Positions 11,490 to 23,949 of a stretch of 64,000 nt of DNA are shown one piece after another (position 1 is the first letter of the stretch; each line of letters opens with the position of its first letter). Origin of the DNA: Octopus sinensis (taxonomy: Eukaryota); the NCBI RefSeq assembly GCF_006345805.1, contig NC_043000.1, positions 141,670,001-141,734,000 on the forward strand, given 5' to 3'. A program made the translations under genes and the position numbers. The notes under the pieces were generated by a model that worked only from the letters and a program-made list of their open reading frames with translations, had not been told where the DNA came from and ran no database searches.

Positions 11490-14400
11490 TGAAACAAAAG
11501 GCTTTCACCGCTTCATGATAATCTTAACTCCTTATGAGAGTGATTTTATTTAACGTTAATGAATTTTCCTCTCATTACTGTAACCATTTTAACTGACTAA
11601 AAATTACTTTTAGCTGAACACCTTAAGTATAGTAACCTGCACTTAGCGGCAAAAACAGATATATAAACACAATCAAACGAAAGCCTTGAAGGCATTCAGG
11701 TGGCACTCCTGAGAAATGTTTCAGTGTTAATATTTTAATATGTTTAATCTCTTAAGAATTTTGCAATCAAAATACTATATGTATCGGTCATCTTAGTGGT
11801 CTTGGTAGCTGCAAATTGTTTATTGGAGTAGGCCTCTTAAGCTTATTCCATAGAGCAATTATTTGTGGACTTTTTACCATAGCTGCTGATAAATCACACA
11901 TTCAGCTTATGTCTATCTCTATCTAACAACACATTCAACTTATGTCTATAACTATTCATTTTCTGATCAATTAAATTTTATTGAGTATTTTCCTTTCCAC
12001 CTTTCAACAGGAATTTAACTAAAGCCAATGATATTTCTTTTCTTAGCGTTTCTAACATCAATTGAATAAACAATTATTTACGGTTGACCACATTAATTAT
12101 AGTAGCCACTATATAACAATATGTTATATACACAGAAGGCACTCTTCACTAATTATCCAATGATTTTATTTTCGCTTATGTTTACAACTGTCATCATTTA
12201 AGCAACTATTGTAATGAAAGTGTAAATATTCCTATTACGTTTATTGAATTTAAACATCCGAATTTCTTTCAACAGCTTAGTATTATAGAAACGATGTTTG
12301 ATAGCAGGTGTCCTGGATAGCTCGATGATCCATCTTGGGGTAAATAGTATTCACAGAAGGGGTTACAGAGTGAAGATAGTAAAGCGGTGAGTTTTTCTTT
12401 TTATTCTCTGTCTTTTTCCCTCTCACTCTTTCTCCTTTCTGTCTTTTCTGCATCTCTTCTGATTATTTATCTGCACTGTGTGCGTATGTGCAAATTCGTT
12501 TGCCTGCGCACGTGTGTGTGTGCATGCTGGTGTGTATGTGCGTATGTTCGGATGTGTGTTTGCATGTGTTTATGTATGTATATACATATATACAATCATA
12601 AAAAAACACATAATTATTAATAAATGCATAGGTATATATACATTTATAAATATATACTTATGCAAGCTCACAAGCACTTTCTAACGTGCATGCATACATA
12701 CACTTAAACACTCACACAGAGACACACACACACACCTACCTACCTATATATATAAATATATATATACTCATTTGTTCTGTTATTCTCCTGTAGAGTATAG
12801 CTGAATTACCTGGCCTTTATAACTCAATGTTGACACAAGAGAAATCAGTTATGGAAAAAGAGAAATCAGTTACAATATCTGCAATTCAATTCAATGCCTA
12901 TGGAATTACAAGCAGCATTTTATATACTTTGGTCATGAAAAAGAAGAGAAATAATCTAAAAGCGTATATTTCTATAAAGTACAACTGTTTTAATAATTTC
13001 TCCGGAAGGATGAACAATATTTATAAAATACTTCACATTATCATGGCGGTGAAGCTTATAATCAATACATATATTAACACGCTGTTCTGTTGAAACCGCT
13101 GAGCAAAGCAGTGGTGACAGATGTTAAGGTAAAGAACATTCTGTGTTTTATAAATACCTAAAATTTATTTCATGCGATATCAACTTCCTTTGTCGAGGAA
13201 TTTCAACCATGTTTCATGGTCTGCTACCACAACAGCTCCTTTACAGGATGCAGTTAGCGCAAGATATCATCAGGAGAAACCACTTCCGGTTTCAGCCCCT
13301 ACTCCTCTACCGTTTTGACGTGGCGCCTCCCCCCCTTTCGGAGGTGCCTTCAGCTCTGTTGAGCGCATGTCTTCTCTCCTTTCTTCTGTTCCCTGGCCTC
13401 TTCGATGTAGCGTCAACGAGTGTCGACGGGCGACTGCCTGTCTTCTCAAATTTCTCTTTAAATACCTGATGCTAGGATCCAGCAGGCAGCCCCAACAAGT
13501 TGTCAAGTGACACTGACTCAACTTTAACTGACAAATGGAGGACGCGTGGTCTTAGCCCACGCATGCTCTAAACGAGACCGTCCCATGTCAATCAGCGAAG
13601 CTACTTCAGTGTCAGCCTGTCTCACCTAGTGATGTTATTTTCCTGCCGGCATGTTATGACTTTCAAGCCATTTTTGGTCTTCCTGCTTCAGTCATATATA
13701 AAGCTGGCTTTTTCGACTGCCTCCTGTATTCTACTTATGATTTGGGATAATTGCATTCAGTTAATCGATCGGCCGTGTAAAGATTTAATCGTTTGGTTGT
13801 CCAACGTACTACAGGATAACAATGTTATATGGATTATGCAGCAGGATATTGCTAGTAAGGGATCTAAAATACAAGGGTGGGGAGAATTTTGTTGGCCTTA
13901 ACAGTGAGAGCAAATTATCAAATACAAATGATGCTCAAAATTGAAATACTATTATAAAGTAACTGGAAATAAGATAAATACTAACGAATGTTTTCTAATA
14001 GATAAATATATATGTATAGTTCTGAGAGAAGCCGTGTGAGACCTAAGAGAAAAGAATACACATACATCTACAGGCATATATATTATAAGAGACACACACA
14101 TATATGCATGACATTTCAGCATCTCATGTTTGTAGTTGATGTTGTTATTATGCACCGCATGCGTGGCCACACACATATGCGCGCAAGCACACACACAGAC
14201 AGTTACTCTTTCTACCTATCGTTCTTTCACACGTGTACACCGATAACAAATTCAATGCATACAAACATCAACACATACGTAAACACTCACGTACACACAC
14301 ACACATACACACACACACACACATATACCTGCACACTATCAGACACATATACAGAGGACATAATCTCACAACATGCGCAGCAAATATCGCACTCCAAGAT

Positions 14401-15279
14401 TCATGTGTCTCGTGGCAAATTGCCAAAGCTGCTAACCGCCCGTCTACTCACTAATTGGCTAGTTTCACGACCATATCGTTCATCAGCAAATCATCGACTC
14501 ACGTGATAGGGCATTGTAATTACTGTCATAAACATAGTGAGCCATGACTAATTCCCTCGAGTCTGTTTGAGTGAGAGACTTAAAGTATTGGGATTACATA
14601 GAAAAAAATCACTGCCGGAACAAATAGTTACGATATATCTGAATATCAAAGTGGTTTTCATTCGCTCTACTGCCACATCTAAAAACAGATTGTCGGCCAA
14701 CATATTACACACGCAGTCTCTCAGACATGTCTAAGTATGTGCATACAAATTCAAAGATATAGTGGTGTCTACATACATACATATTTTCATATATATATAC
14801 TTACATAAATACATACATGCCTCACACAACACACAAGCATAGACTCACTTGCACATATGTATGATTATATGTGTGTGTGGGTATGTATATATGCATATAT
14901 ATACATATACATATACATATATATATATATATATTATATATATATATATTATATATATATATATATATATACACACAGAAAGAGAGAGACAGAAAGCGAA
15001 ACAGAACTGATCGGAATCTTGTTACCGAATTTACAGCATGTATGTCTTTATGCAGCAGAATATTTGTCTTGTCTCTAGTGGATTTCAACAATCAGCGCTG
15101 GTGGGACAGAAACTCCGTACAAAGTGTTAACATATAAATCTTTTTATTTCATACGTTAATTGCGATAGTACCGGATCTGTATGTATGTATGTATGTATGT
15201 ACGTATGTATGTATGTATGTATGTATGTATGCATGTATGTATGTATGCATGCATGTATGTGTGTATGTATGTATGAATG

Positions 15280-15322
<43 letters not shown>

Positions 15323-15469
15323 TATATATCAAGGAATTCAAAAAAGTGGAACAAGAACGCAAAACATCCAGACATGATACAAAAAATGGCAAAAAAAGGA
15401 ACAAAAAGAACAAGGACGGATCATTTGGAGTTATATATATATATATATATATATATGTACGTATGTATA

Positions 15470-16960
15470 GTAAATAAAGAAAAAAAAGCAAATACAAAAA
15501 ACAACGCGAGGACGTGGTACATATAATGTATTAGCAGACGCTCAGGAAAAGAAAGATGGTTTAACATTTCGAGCAGACGCTCTTCTTCGAAAACAGAGGA
15601 AAGTGCAATAAAAGGTAAGACAGAGGAAGAAAATCGCCAAAGATGCACATGTGGTTACATTTTGAAATGACCGGAGAGGAATGGGTGAAGAAAAAGTACT
15701 TTCTAAGACAGGAGAGTGTAAGAGAAGGAGATATGTGTGTATGTGTGAGTATAAGCGTGCGCGCTGGTCTGTGTGTGTATTAACACGTGTATGTGCGTAT
15801 ATGTGTGTATGTGTTGTGTGAGTGTGTGTGGTTTTGGTTGCTTATATGTGCATGTGTGAGTGAACTTCGTATCGCTTAATGTAGGAAGTATTTAGTAGTA
15901 AGAGTGGCTGTCTATTGTGTAGTGTGTCTCTTCACATTTACGTAGGAGAATGTGTGCGTATTTGTGTGTGTGTAAGTGTGTGCGTTGGGTTGTGTGCCGG
16001 ATTTTGTCTGTGGAGTATATGTGTGTTCTTCTGTGTGTGTGTGGGCGTCCATGTATGTGTATGTGCGTATGTGTTTATGTCCATGTATGTGTAATTGTGT
16101 GTGTGTATGTATGAGTGTGTGTTGGAGGTATGTGTGAGTTTATATGTATGCGCATGTATGTGTGCGTGTGTTTATGTGTGCATGTGTGTGTGTATGTGTG
16201 TGAGTAGAGCTGTGTGTTAGTTATGTGTGCATTTCTGTGAGTGTGTGCGCGTGTGCGTGTGTGTATGTGTGTGCGTGTATGTATGTGTTGTGTGTGCGTG
16301 TATATGTGTTGTGTGTGCTTGTGTATGTGTGTGTATGTGATGAAAGGGCAGGTGTGACAGCGGGATATGGAGCACGGGAAGGATCCTGGTGAGGCTGGTG
16401 GGAAAGAGAAGGTGCTACGTTTCGGCCACGTTGAAAGGAAGACAAGGGTGGGTTAGAGAAAATGAGGCGGGCGGTGGGATCTAGATGGAGACATCGGAAG
16501 GCCCATAGGAGCCTCCGACGATGGGTACGGTGGAAGGTTGGAAAAGGAGGAGAAAGGGTTGCGGTTAGAGGATTGGTGTGGGGAAGGAGAGAGGACGGTG
16601 GTGTGATCGTTTCGACGAGCGCGGGCAAGGGCGGTTTGGACAAGGGTTGAGGGTAAATCTCGATGGATGAACAGGCGGGCAAGATACTGGGACTGGGTTG
16701 CGAAATCCTGCTTCCGGCTGCACAAGCGTCGGAGGCGGAGGAACTAGGAGTAGTGGATGGCCCGTTTGGTGTGGGAGGGATGGGAAGAGGAGAAGTTGAG
16801 GTAGAGTTGCGGAGATGGTGAGCGTGTGGGAAGGGAGGTCAATGATAAGAGAGATATCTTGGAAGTTAACCGAGGTGTGAGAGATGGTAGACGTAAATTG
16901 GAGAGAGAGAGAGAGAGAGAGAGTGGTGGCGCCTATACAGTCGTCTATGTAGCGACCATA
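15470..16960 (-). mobile_element. Degraded Penelope-like element (RT C-terminal fragments, CA-rich spacer, pseudo-LTR)
   Basis: Minus-strand fragments YGRYIDDCIG, LQFTSTISHTSVNFQDI, SHPSHTKRAI, LRLRRLCS...LARLFI, FSNPPLSSFQRGRN. The downstream segment is homologous to 21150-21370. Confidence 0.8.
15559..15594 (-). ncRNA. Minimal hammerhead motif with degenerate core
   Basis: GTTT-tcGAAGA-a-GAGC(gtct)GCTC-GAAA-tG-TT-AAAC. The core CUGA reads UCGA here. Confidence 0.55.
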
Positions 16961-16968
16961 CACACACG

Positions 16969-17019
<51 letters not shown>

Positions 17020-17020
17020 G

Positions 17021-17051
<31 letters not shown>

Positions 17052-17112
17052 ATATAGATAGATAGATATAGATATTGATATATATACATATACATAAATA
17101 TATACTCTGTAA

Positions 17113-17400
17113 ATAATTATATTTATAAGCTTGAAGCTTATAAGTGACCACCGTGCATTAACTGAGGAAAATAGTCTAATATTGAGGCATATACGCCTGC
17201 GACGGAAAAAAAGTGTGTTTTCCGTAAGCATGAGAACCGAACCAACATCACTTATATTCGTGATAAGTCTGCTAGAAAATTACAGTTCTTGGTGTAATAA
17301 TTAGCACTCTTATCGCGAATGAGCCCCAATATAAGATTATTATCGTAAGGCAATACACGGTGATCGAATATAGACTTTAAGCTTATAAATATTATAATTA
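17113..17400. mobile_element. MITE-like element with ~85-bp imperfect terminal inverted repeats
   Basis: Left TAATTATATTTATAAGCTTGAAGCTTATAAGTGACCACCGTGCATT... aligns to the reverse complement of the right end, TAATTATAATATTTATAAGCTTAAAGTCTATATTCGATCACCGTGTATT... Confidence 0.7.
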
Positions 17401-17418
17401 TTATTATTATCATTATTA

Positions 17419-17487
<69 letters not shown>

Positions 17488-19248
17488 TTGTCTACAGAAA
17501 TGTCACTCGAACCGTTACTACATTTAACACACACATATATGCAGACATACTTACATACATACATAAATACATACACACACACACACATGTATATATATAT
17601 ATATTCGCATATACATATATATGATATATTAGTGCGGGTGCAAGGAGTGGGTGTGTTATTGGTTAGTCATACCCATCTGTATTTAACGTCGCAGTAAAAT
17701 GTAAATCCCCTTTCTATGATATTAATATAACGCGAGCGCAAAGCTATCTGCATTCTGTCTTGGATTTTAAACGAAACAAAGCCTGCATGACAATATCTAT
17801 CATCTACAACTCATTTTCTCACGCGAATCGTTTCACAGTGAAATTTCTCCTCTTCTAAGGCTCCATGATTTTATTATATTTAGGTCTTATGCGGTAAAAT
17901 GAAACTTGTTCAACCGTAAATACGTGAAATTCCTCTGCTGCAAAGAAAACATACATAAAAATGTATTTAGTCTAATCACTCGGTCAAATGTCACAGCAGG
18001 AAGATGTATTTAGTCAGATATACGCCGAAAGTATTGTCTGTGGGCGAATATAGAAATGAATTTGTAGAAAAATATAACTACATGCTAAAGAGTGAATATA
18101 AAATACATCAATAACAGTTATATGTATTCTCCTAATATAATATTCTAGAAAAATATTTTCTACTTGCCAATAAATTAAATTGATTAAAGCATATGGGATA
18201 AATATTTTGAATGATAAAAAGATTTTTAAATGGTCAAGAAATGTCGATGGAAAAATGGCAAACGCAGCGATGTACAAGCAGTGTTTTTAGAGTGTATTAA
18301 CATTTTTGACGATGATGAAAATTTAGTCATTTTTAATTCGGCAGTGGCCTGCTTGATATCCTATAGTCGTGAAGTCAATCAATAAAGAAGAGCATTGAAT
18401 TTGCTTCCACGCTGTTTGGTGATTTCAACTGAAATAAATCTATAACCAGGAAGTTTGTTTCAACGGATATTTCAGATTCAATATCATACTTTTTGAAATT
18501 TGAAGATGATGTTACGCAATGGCCCTTCGAAAATCTGGAATGATCAACGCGGACTTTATTAGAGACAATATGGAGATTGTTCAGTAGGTTGTTGTATTTT
18601 CAGATCAGCAAACTTAGAATGCGTAATTATCTAGTAAAAGACTCATCATCAAAGTATTTGAACATGAAATTAGTTATTCCATAGTATATGATTGCAGTGT
18701 GGTATCGAACCTGGCCTCGTGATTGTGAAGGAAACTTCTTTCCCACTCCGGCATACCTGCGCCTTACCTTCTTATATATGTGTATGTGTGAGTGTACGTA
18801 TACCTGTGTCTGTAACTGTATTTGTATGTGTGGGTTTATTACGAAGGCGGCGCATTTCGAAAAAGAGACTGGAAAGGGGAAAATTCTTTTCGTGGGTGAT
18901 GTATATTCCTTCTTCGAAATTACATAACTGAATTGATTCAACTTTCAAAGAGACAGAATTACAAGTAAACATCTTTTATTTATTTTATGACTTTTATTTT
19001 CTGGCTACTGCCAATTCGAACGTCTTGTTTCCAAATGAATATAACTAGAACTTTTGCGTAATTAAAGTGTTATCTCTGGCTAATACCTCAGTACGGCTCT
19101 TATATTTTCTTTTATTTTTCGCATCAGTCGAATGAAGGAAACGAAAATCTCTGTTCTTTATCCTGCTGCACGCACGTTTAGTTCGGTGCTTTATGTTACT
19201 GAAGATGGTGTAATTAAAACACGCCATTTTGGCTGATAACCAACAGTG

Positions 19249-19260
19249 ATAATAATAATA

Positions 19261-19317
<57 letters not shown>

Positions 19318-19526
19318 TAATAATAATGATGATGACGATGATGATGATGATAATAAGGACGAGGATATTGATGGTCATAGCTATAGCAATGATGGCAATG
19401 TTAATAATAACTCTAATGACGCCAGCAATAATACCAAGCAAACGATGAGGTGAAGCAATAAAAGAATCGCAAGAAAACGATAATGATGATAATAATAATA
19501 ATGATAATAATAATAATAATAATAAT

Positions 19527-19560
<34 letters not shown>

Positions 19561-19563
19561 CAA
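19249..19563. repeat. Compound (AAT)n/(GAT)n/(AAC)n microsatellite
   Basis: Seen directly. Confidence 0.95.
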
Positions 19564-19985
19564 CAAGAGCATCGATGTAAAGCAAAGATGACGCAAGAGG
19601 GGGGGAAAAAAACCAAATTTAGATGATGCTGATGTTGATCATCGTCCGGATCATGATGACTATAATGGTTAAGAAGGAACAGAAAAGGATGGTGTTAATT
19701 AGTGCTTGAAGTCTCACAGAAAATATATTCCCTTGTGTTACAGTAGCAAAACCGAAATAGATGGTGCTAAGATGATCTCGATTTTCTTGCATAATTTACA
19801 CAATATCTATATTTCAGTGTCACTTTACATAAACATACACACATTGGTACCCATGCATATGTGTGTGTGTGTGTGTGTGTGCGGGCGGAAGTGTGAGTGT
19901 GTGTGCGTTCGCGTGCATGTGCGTGTGTATGAATGTGTATGTGTATCTATGCATATGCATACAAACACGCATACACACACACACA

Positions 19986-20020
<35 letters not shown>

Positions 20021-20048
20021 CCTACATACATACATATATATATATATC

Positions 20049-20087
<39 letters not shown>

Positions 20088-20380
20088 TTACATTATATAA
20101 AAGGGCTTAGTAAAATAATTACTTTGCCGCATACTGAATCATTAGAATAGCAGCTAAAAAACTTTTTTAAAGCTATTTCTAATACTTAAAGAAAATCTCT
20201 CTCATATATAGTGTTTGCTTAATTCACCTCACAAAAGTTTGGGGGTAAGGACATCGAAAAGCCCTTTTATATAATGTAATAATGTAATAATTTGAATTCG
20301 CCTGAATGGTCCCTTTGCATACTGACACTTGGTGAAATGATTAATAATTAATTAATTTTGCCCTCAATTGTTGAAATTAT
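20088..20380 (+). mobile_element. Short element within (TA)n, with a 21-bp perfect inverted repeat; possible distant relative of the hammerhead repeats
   Basis: TTACATTATATAAAAGGGCTT (20088-20108) / AAGCCCTTTTATATAATGTAA (20259-20279). Motifs CTGAATGGTCCCT and CCCTCAATTGTT resemble the 21.4-kb family. Confidence 0.5.
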
Positions 20381-20449
20381 ATATATATATATCTATATAT
20401 ATATATATATATATATATACTATAATATATATATATATATCATATATAG

Positions 20450-20492
<43 letters not shown>

Positions 20493-20560
20493 TATGTATA
20501 TATAAATATATATATACAATATATATATATATATATAATATATATATATATATATCTATA

Positions 20561-20592
<32 letters not shown>

Positions 20593-21057
20593 GCATACAT
20601 ACATGTCTGTGTTGTTTGTGTGTACGTTTACATACTTTTACTGTCATTTCCTTATACATGTTCCAGCCAGAAGTAGTGGTCGCCCTAGAAGTTCTACCAC
20701 TAGCTAATTTATACGTCTCATTTCCACGGCACTCTCTTTGTGTTTGGTTATGGTGAATAAGACAAAGTAGTCTTTTTTTTTAAATAAATGCGTTCAAATG
20801 TATTTTTAACACAGCCGTAACTTCGCTTTTTTGATCTCTGATATTTTGTGCTGCATGAAGTATGAAAAAGCTGTGTGTCCTTCAAATTTAAGCTCTTCAA
20901 TTATTATACCATGACTTTAAATGTTAGAGATTGGCATTTGGTTCTAAAAAGTGACGTTCAGTTCTATCTTTGGTTTAGTTTTCAATCACAAAGTTAGATG
21001 CTAGACCGTGCAGGTGCTTTTATGAATACATATACATACACATTTACTCACACACGC

Positions 21058-21135
<78 letters not shown>

Positions 21136-21149
21136 AATATACATATATG

Positions 21150-21370
21150 TAGTTAATCCAAACATGAAAACATAAAGAGAAAACACAACAACACGAGGAG
21201 TGGAACAAGTATAGTGTCATTGGACGCTCAGGAAAGGAAAGAAAGAAGGAGGATTTAACGTTTCGATCGGAGCTCTTCGTCAGAAACATAGAAAAAGGAA
21301 AGATAATCAAGGAAGGGAAGACGGAGGACAAAAATGGCCAAGGATACACACGCGACCACATATTGAATGC
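21150..21370 (-). mobile_element. Solo PLE pseudo-LTR fragment between (TA)n tracts
   Basis: Homologous to 15470-15660 (GACGCTCAGGAAA, GCCAA.GAT.CACA.G.G) and contains a hammerhead. Confidence 0.7.
21253..21287 (-). ncRNA. Minimal type I hammerhead ribozyme
   Basis: GTTT-CTGACGA-a-GAGC(tcc)GaTC-GAAA-CG-TT-AAAT, with a palindromic AACGTT stem III. Confidence 0.72.
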
Positions 21371-21378
21371 ATATATAT

Positions 21379-21430
<52 letters not shown>

Positions 21431-21664
21431 CAATTGAGGATAAAATCTTAAAAAGAAATTATCAGTAGTCAGCGTGAAAAACCTCGTAAGAGAAAAAATC
21501 CGTAAATTCTTCCTCTTTGAAAATATTCATTTATATTATATTGAGGGTACTACTATTCGTAGATACCAACACGCTAAGAGGGACCAATGCAGTCAAAACT
21601 ACTAAAAATAAACAAAATTTTACCGAATGCAAAACTTCAAAACACTCATTTTAAAAAAGATTCA

Positions 21665-21728
21665 GTTACATATCACATGTGATTTCGCATTTAATGCAGA
21701 ATATGCATTTCATGTTCATCAGTGCAAC
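21665..21728 (-). ncRNA. Type I hammerhead ribozyme (inverted arm)
   Basis: Reverse complement of the motif at 22457-22520. Confidence 0.85.
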
Positions 21729-22456
21729 AAACTCAAGAAATATAAGAGAAAACATAACATTACAAGCTCGATAGCCAACCGTACAATTCGTCGTAGCATG
21801 TACGAATGTTTATCTTTACATATCTATGAAAATGGCGGGCTTATTCGCAATGCATTTCGGTACCAAATTGTCTAGTCGGAATAAAAATTCAGTATTGAAC
21901 TATTCCGGTGAAAAATATAAATTAACAATTGAGGATAAAATCTTAAAAAGAAATTATCAGTAGTCAGCGTGAAAAACCTCGTAAGAGAAAAAATCCGTAA
22001 ATTCTTCCTCTTTGAAAATATTCCGAATTCTTTTTTAAAATGATGTGTTTTGAAGTTTTGCATTCGGTAAAATTTTGTTTATTTTTAGTAGTTTTGACTG
22101 CATTGGTCCCTCTTAGCGTGTTGGTATCTACGAATAGTAGTACCCTCAATATAATATAAATGAATATTTTCAAAGAGGAAGAATTTACGGATTTTTTCTC
22201 TTACGAGGTTTTTCACGCTGACTACTGATAATTTCTTTTTAAGATTTTATCCTCAATTGTTAATTTATATTTTTCACCGGAATAGTTCAATACTGAATTT
22301 TTATTCCGACTAGACAATTTGGTACCGAAATGCATTGCGAATAAGCCCGCCATTTTCATAGATATGTAAAGATAAACATTCGTACATGCTACGACGAATT
22401 CTACGGTTGGCTATCGAGTTTGTAATGTTATGTTTTCTCTTATATTTCTTGAGTTT

Positions 22457-22520
22457 GTTGCACTGATGAACATGAAATGCATATTCTGCATTAAATGCGA
22501 AATCACATGTGATATGTAAC
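22457..22520 (+). ncRNA. Type I hammerhead ribozyme with long stem II
   Basis: GTTGCA-CTGATGA-a-CAT-ga-AATGCA(tattc)TGCATT-aa-ATG-c-GAAA-TCAC(at)GTGA-TA-TGTAAC: stem I GTTGCA/TGTAAC and palindromic stem III ATCACATGTGAT. Predicted cleavage after 22514. Confidence 0.85.
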
Positions 22521-22644
22521 CGAATTCTTTTTTAAAATGATGTGTTTTGAAGTTTTGCATTCGGTAAAATTTTGTTTATTTTTAGTAGTTTTGACTGCAT
22601 TGTCCCTCTTAGCGTGTTGGTATCTACGAATAGTAGTACCCTCA

Positions 22645-22701
<57 letters not shown>

Positions 22702-22713
22702 AAATATATATAT

Positions 22714-23045
22714 GCAGGCGTGACTTTGTGGTAAGAAGCTTGTTTTACTACCATATGCTTCCGGTTTTAGTCTCACTGCATGGCAAGTGTCTTCTAGTAT
22801 AACGTCGGGTCGATCAAATCTGTGTGAGTGGATTTGGTAGATGGAAACTGAAGGAAGCCGCTGTATGTATCTGTATCAGTGTGTGAGCTTCCTTTGTGTC
22901 TGTGTTAGCGATTCAGCAAAATGACCGGTCAAATAAGTACTCGGCTTGAAGGAAATATGTTCCAGGGTCGATTTGTTCGACAAAAACTCTGCAAGGCGGT
23001 ACTCCAGCAAGGCAGCAGTTGAATGACTAAAAGAAGTAAAAGAAA
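22714..23045 (+). mobile_element. tRNA-derived SINE (family B)
   Basis: GCAGGCGTGACTTTGTGGTAAGAAGCTTG..GGCAAGTGTCTTCTA..GTGAGTGGATTTGGTAGA.GGAAACTGAA, colinear with 4648-5094. Confidence 0.82.
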
Positions 23046-23719
23046 AAAAAAGGAGGTGCTCTCAAATGAACATGTAGTTATAAGTAATAACTCATAATAT
23101 AGGGAGTAAAACACAGAACGTTCCTATCTTTTACGCACCTCTGGAATTCCATTTGAATTAGTTTATGTTTTATTTGCTCTCAGCGTGTTTTTCTTCATTT
23201 ATTTGCGTCTCAAACTCGGCGGTCTTTAATTCCTTACAATATTCTTTGATTCTTCTGATACTTAGTGTAGTGTCTTTGTACTTTCAAGCTCGCATACAGA
23301 CTCAGGTTTCATGTTTCTTCAGGAAGCTGTCTAAGCACATGTTGGCTGACATTAGAGACGGATGCAGCTGCTTTAGTTCACGCACTTAATTCTTTCCTGG
23401 AATATTTAAATTGCCTTTATCTGCCAATGGCGGACAAATGTGCATTGTGAGAAATTGAGTATTTATGTATACATTCTTCTAATTTCAGTGATACACCACT
23501 TTAAAATCAAAGCTATACATTACTATCGGCATAGTCAAGGAATTCATGGTATACGTTCTGAGTTCAAGTTCCGCTGAGGTCCTCTTTGCATTTCATTCTT
23601 TCGGGATCCATAAATTAAGTACCAGTGAAGCACTGGTATCGATGTAATCCACTGTTTCACACACTCAAAATTTCAGGCATTGTGTGTTTATTATTATTAT
23701 TATATTATTATCATTATTA

Positions 23720-23785
<66 letters not shown>

Positions 23786-23949
23786 CGTTGCCTTTGCACA
23801 GCCTCTAACGCTGGAGATGTACTACGGTGTCAGCGAACTAATGTAATACCTCTTATTTTTCGACCACATTGAGGAGTATTCGGGTGGTTCCGCAAGTGCT
23901 TCACCCTTACTGCAGGCCCCTATTTGATCTTGCCTCTCTTCAAGACTAA

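Larger units (their letters stand above)
21426..22650. mobile_element. Retrozyme-like element: two divergent arms of a ~496-bp hammerhead-bearing unit, flanked by (TA)n
   Basis: 21426-22023 is ~1.2 units on the minus strand (ATTAACAATTGAGG recurs at 21426 and 21921). 22023-22650 is ~1.26 units on the plus strand (CCGAATTC recurs at 22023 and 22520). The arms are near-identical reverse complements. Confidence 0.88.

Noticed and set aside
22463-22498. Alternative hammerhead using the first GAAA (CUGAUGA-ACAU-GAAA)
   Set aside because: It leaves no stem II and a poor stem I. The second GAAA at 22499 gives perfect stems and matches the array family.
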